Origin: a virus
Lineage: Duplodnaviria; Caudoviricetes
IMG/VR virus record: IMGVR_UViG_3300027983_000018
Coordinates: 1-59,757 of that record
DNA length: 59,757 nucleotides
Strand: one strand, 5' to 3'
Shown here: piece after piece, positions 58,096-59,757 of the stretch
Layout of the letters: each line of letters begins with the position of its first letter
Numbering within the stretch: position 1 is the stretch's first letter
Translations under genes and position numbers: made by a program
Notes under the pieces: model-generated
The model's input: only the letters and a program-made list of their open reading frames with translations
Databases searched by the model: none
Told to the model about the DNA's origin: nothing

Positions 58096-59757
58096 TTAAT
58101 TTATTATTTCAACTTTGTAACCTAATGATCTGTATTTTTTAATTTCTTCGTCTGTTAATTCTTCTTCACTTACATCACCTCCATGTTTAAACCTAAAAAC
58201 AGAATTAGATTGAGGTGTCCTTACAGTTATTGGATTTTGTTTACCTTTTGGAATATAAGTAGTACGAATAGAGTTTAAGACTTTTTCTCCTTTCATTCCA
58301 ATATACGGCCATGCTAAATCTTTTCTTATACCTTTTTGAGTACCAACCATACCTGATGGAAAGTTTCCATCAGCATCTATTGTAGATAATCGAGGAAGAC
58401 CTGTTTCGTCTATTCCAAATTGTTTATTAGTGAAGTTTGTGGGAAGCTTTTTGAAGTTATAGTCTAGATTATTTAAATTACTTGTTTCATAAAAACTTGG
58501 ACCTTTATTCTTAAGCATGTTTTCAACGGGTTCTTCTAAATTAAATACTTTTGAACTAAACTTGTTTTCTATCTCAAATGGCTTTCCACCTAAAAGCTTA
58601 AGAAATTCTAGATTCGCAAACTTATGTTTAAACTTGTTTGGTTCAGTCATATGATTCTTATTAATACTACTTGCTTTTTTTAGAGGTTGAAGATCCCAAG
58701 TATCGGCAGTTTTGAACTCCCAAACACCATCTAAATTTCTCCTAACGTCCATTCTGTAACCTCCCATTACACCATTATTATCTGCAGAATAAATAGAATA
58801 TTCATAGTTTGAGTCTTTAGCTTTTTCTACTACTCTAGTTCTTTTCCAAGGGCTGAAATCACCCGCCTTTTTATTTATAAGACTTGAGAGACCATTGGAT
58901 CCCTCTAAATACTCTCTATTAAAACCTGTGTTTAAATCATAAGATCTATTTATTTCTTTTAATTTTTTTGTTAAATCAGATCCAGATAAAGAATTTTCAG
59001 CTTCGTAAGACATTATATCATGGAGATAGAATTGTTTTTCCTCTTCTGCCATTTTGAAATCTTTAATTCTATACTTATTGCCAATCTTCTCAAAAGTATC
59101 ATACTTTTGCTCAACCCCTAAACCAGTCCTAAATGAGTCTAGTCTATTTTTACCAATTCTTTGTAATTCTCCGGTTGTCTTCTGCGTGTCAATATAGCCG
59201 TCAAGTAACCTTCCTATTTTTTCCGGCCTTTTTGAGGGGTATAGAGTGTTTTGGTATAAAGACCGCGGGGCTTGAATTATTTTTTTCTTCACACCGTAAC
59301 CTACAGGGTCAATTGCTCGGTATATTAATTCTTGTTTAGCCACTTTTAAGTCTCTACCCAGAAGCTTAGCCCCACTCAAAGCATTTTTACCCACACCTCC
59401 CACTCCTGTAAAAGCCAAAAGAGCTTCAGCAGTACCAGCGGCATAGTTTCCCTTATTGAGCTGATTACCAGCACTAGCTCCCCAATTCATAGGGTTAAGT
59501 ATATTCTGTACATCAGATACTTCAAATTTTCCAGGGGTGTATCCAACAGCCTTTAAATAATCCGAATACTCTGGAGAGTCGTGGTTTAACAAACCTTTAC
59601 CCATACCTGGAATATAAGCTTGTTCCCCTGACATAAATCTAGAAGCCATTCCTAATGGATCCACCATAGCAGACTGAACTCTGTCCAAAGCTTTATCACT
59701 AAATGTTCCTTTTTCATATTTCTCCCACTTACTCTTTTTGAAATCAGCTAGTTGTTT
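58096..59757 (-). CDS. GG-motif virion-associated protein with polymorphic-toxin-like layout, 5'-truncated
   Basis: The frame stays open to the window end (KQLADFKK...); Gly/Ala hydrophobic segment, then a globular domain (GVMGGY...DTWDLQP), then FKHGG and the shared C-terminal motif. Confidence 0.75.
   Translation of the reverse strand, partial: KQLADFKKSKWEKYEKGTFSDKALDRVQSAMVDPLGMASRFMSGEQAYIPGMGKGLLNHDSPEYSDYLKAVGYTPGKFEVSDVQNILNPMNWGASAGNQLNKGNYAAGTAEALLAFTGVGGVGKNALSGAKLLGRDLKVAKQELIYRAIDPVGYGVKKKIIQAPRSLYQNTLYPSKRPEKIGRLLDGYIDTQKTTGELQRIGKNRLDSFRTGLGVEQKYDTFEKIGNKYRIKDFKMAEEEKQFYLHDIMSYEAENSLSGSDLTKKLKEINRSYDLNTGFNREYLEGSNGLSSLINKKAGDFSPWKRTRVVEKAKDSNYEYSIYSADNNGVMGGYRMDVRRNLDGVWEFKTADTWDLQPLKKASSINKNHMTEPNKFKHKFANLEFLKLLGGKPFEIENKFSSKVFNLEEPVENMLKNKGPSFYETSNLNNLDYNFKKLPTNFTNKQFGIDETGLPRLSTIDADGNFPSGMVGTQKGIRKDLAWPYIGMKGEKVLNSIRTTYIPKGKQNPITVRTPQSNSVFRFKHGGDVSEEELTDEEIKKYRSLGYKVEIIN

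Noticed and set aside
26314-59339. Many short + strand ORFs opposite the giant genes, and short - strand ORFs opposite the replication genes
   Set aside because: Shadow ORFs rich in S/F/L, fully nested in long genes with motif support.
1-59757. Stop-codon reassignment (TAG/TGA), common in some crAss lineages
   Set aside because: ORFs up to 12.9 kb are intact in the standard code, and TAG/TGA end genes at sensible boundaries (e.g. 14103, 1963).
1-59757. tRNA, rRNA or integrase genes
   Set aside because: Intergenic gaps are too short and I saw no cloverleaf or recombinase motifs.

Overview
This window is a ~60 kb piece of a crAss-like (Crassvirales-type) phage genome, probably infecting a Bacteroidota host. 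It reads in the standard genetic code, has A-rich start regions without Shine-Dalgarno motifs, and contains TAnnTTTG-type promoter elements. The + strand arm (1-23285) is a replication/recombination module: a degenerate UDG, DnaB helicase, a Sak4-like ATPase split by a group IA2 intron carrying a GIY-YIG homing endonuclease, SSB-like protein, DnaG-type primase, a vWA-metallopeptidase/MoxR pair, a PD-(D/E)XK exonuclease, family B DNA polymerase, DUF932, a Dda-like helicase and a MazG-like protein. It converges at a bidirectional terminator on a - strand block of giant virion cargo proteins, including a 4287-aa virion RNA polymerase (DYDID motif), followed by GG-motif structural proteins. The most notable observations are: (1) repeat-bounded accessory enzyme cassettes stacked on the vRNAP C-terminus; (2) a head-to-tail pattern of terminal cysteines across the three almost Cys-free cargo proteins; (3) shared GG and C-terminal motifs that may be capsid-loading signals, one carried by a toxin-like protein; (4) a micro-protein that mimics the ribonucleotide reductase CxxC tail; (5) abrupt A/C-to-G/T skew jumps that are independent of gene direction. 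All family calls come from motif recognition by eye; no database searches were run.
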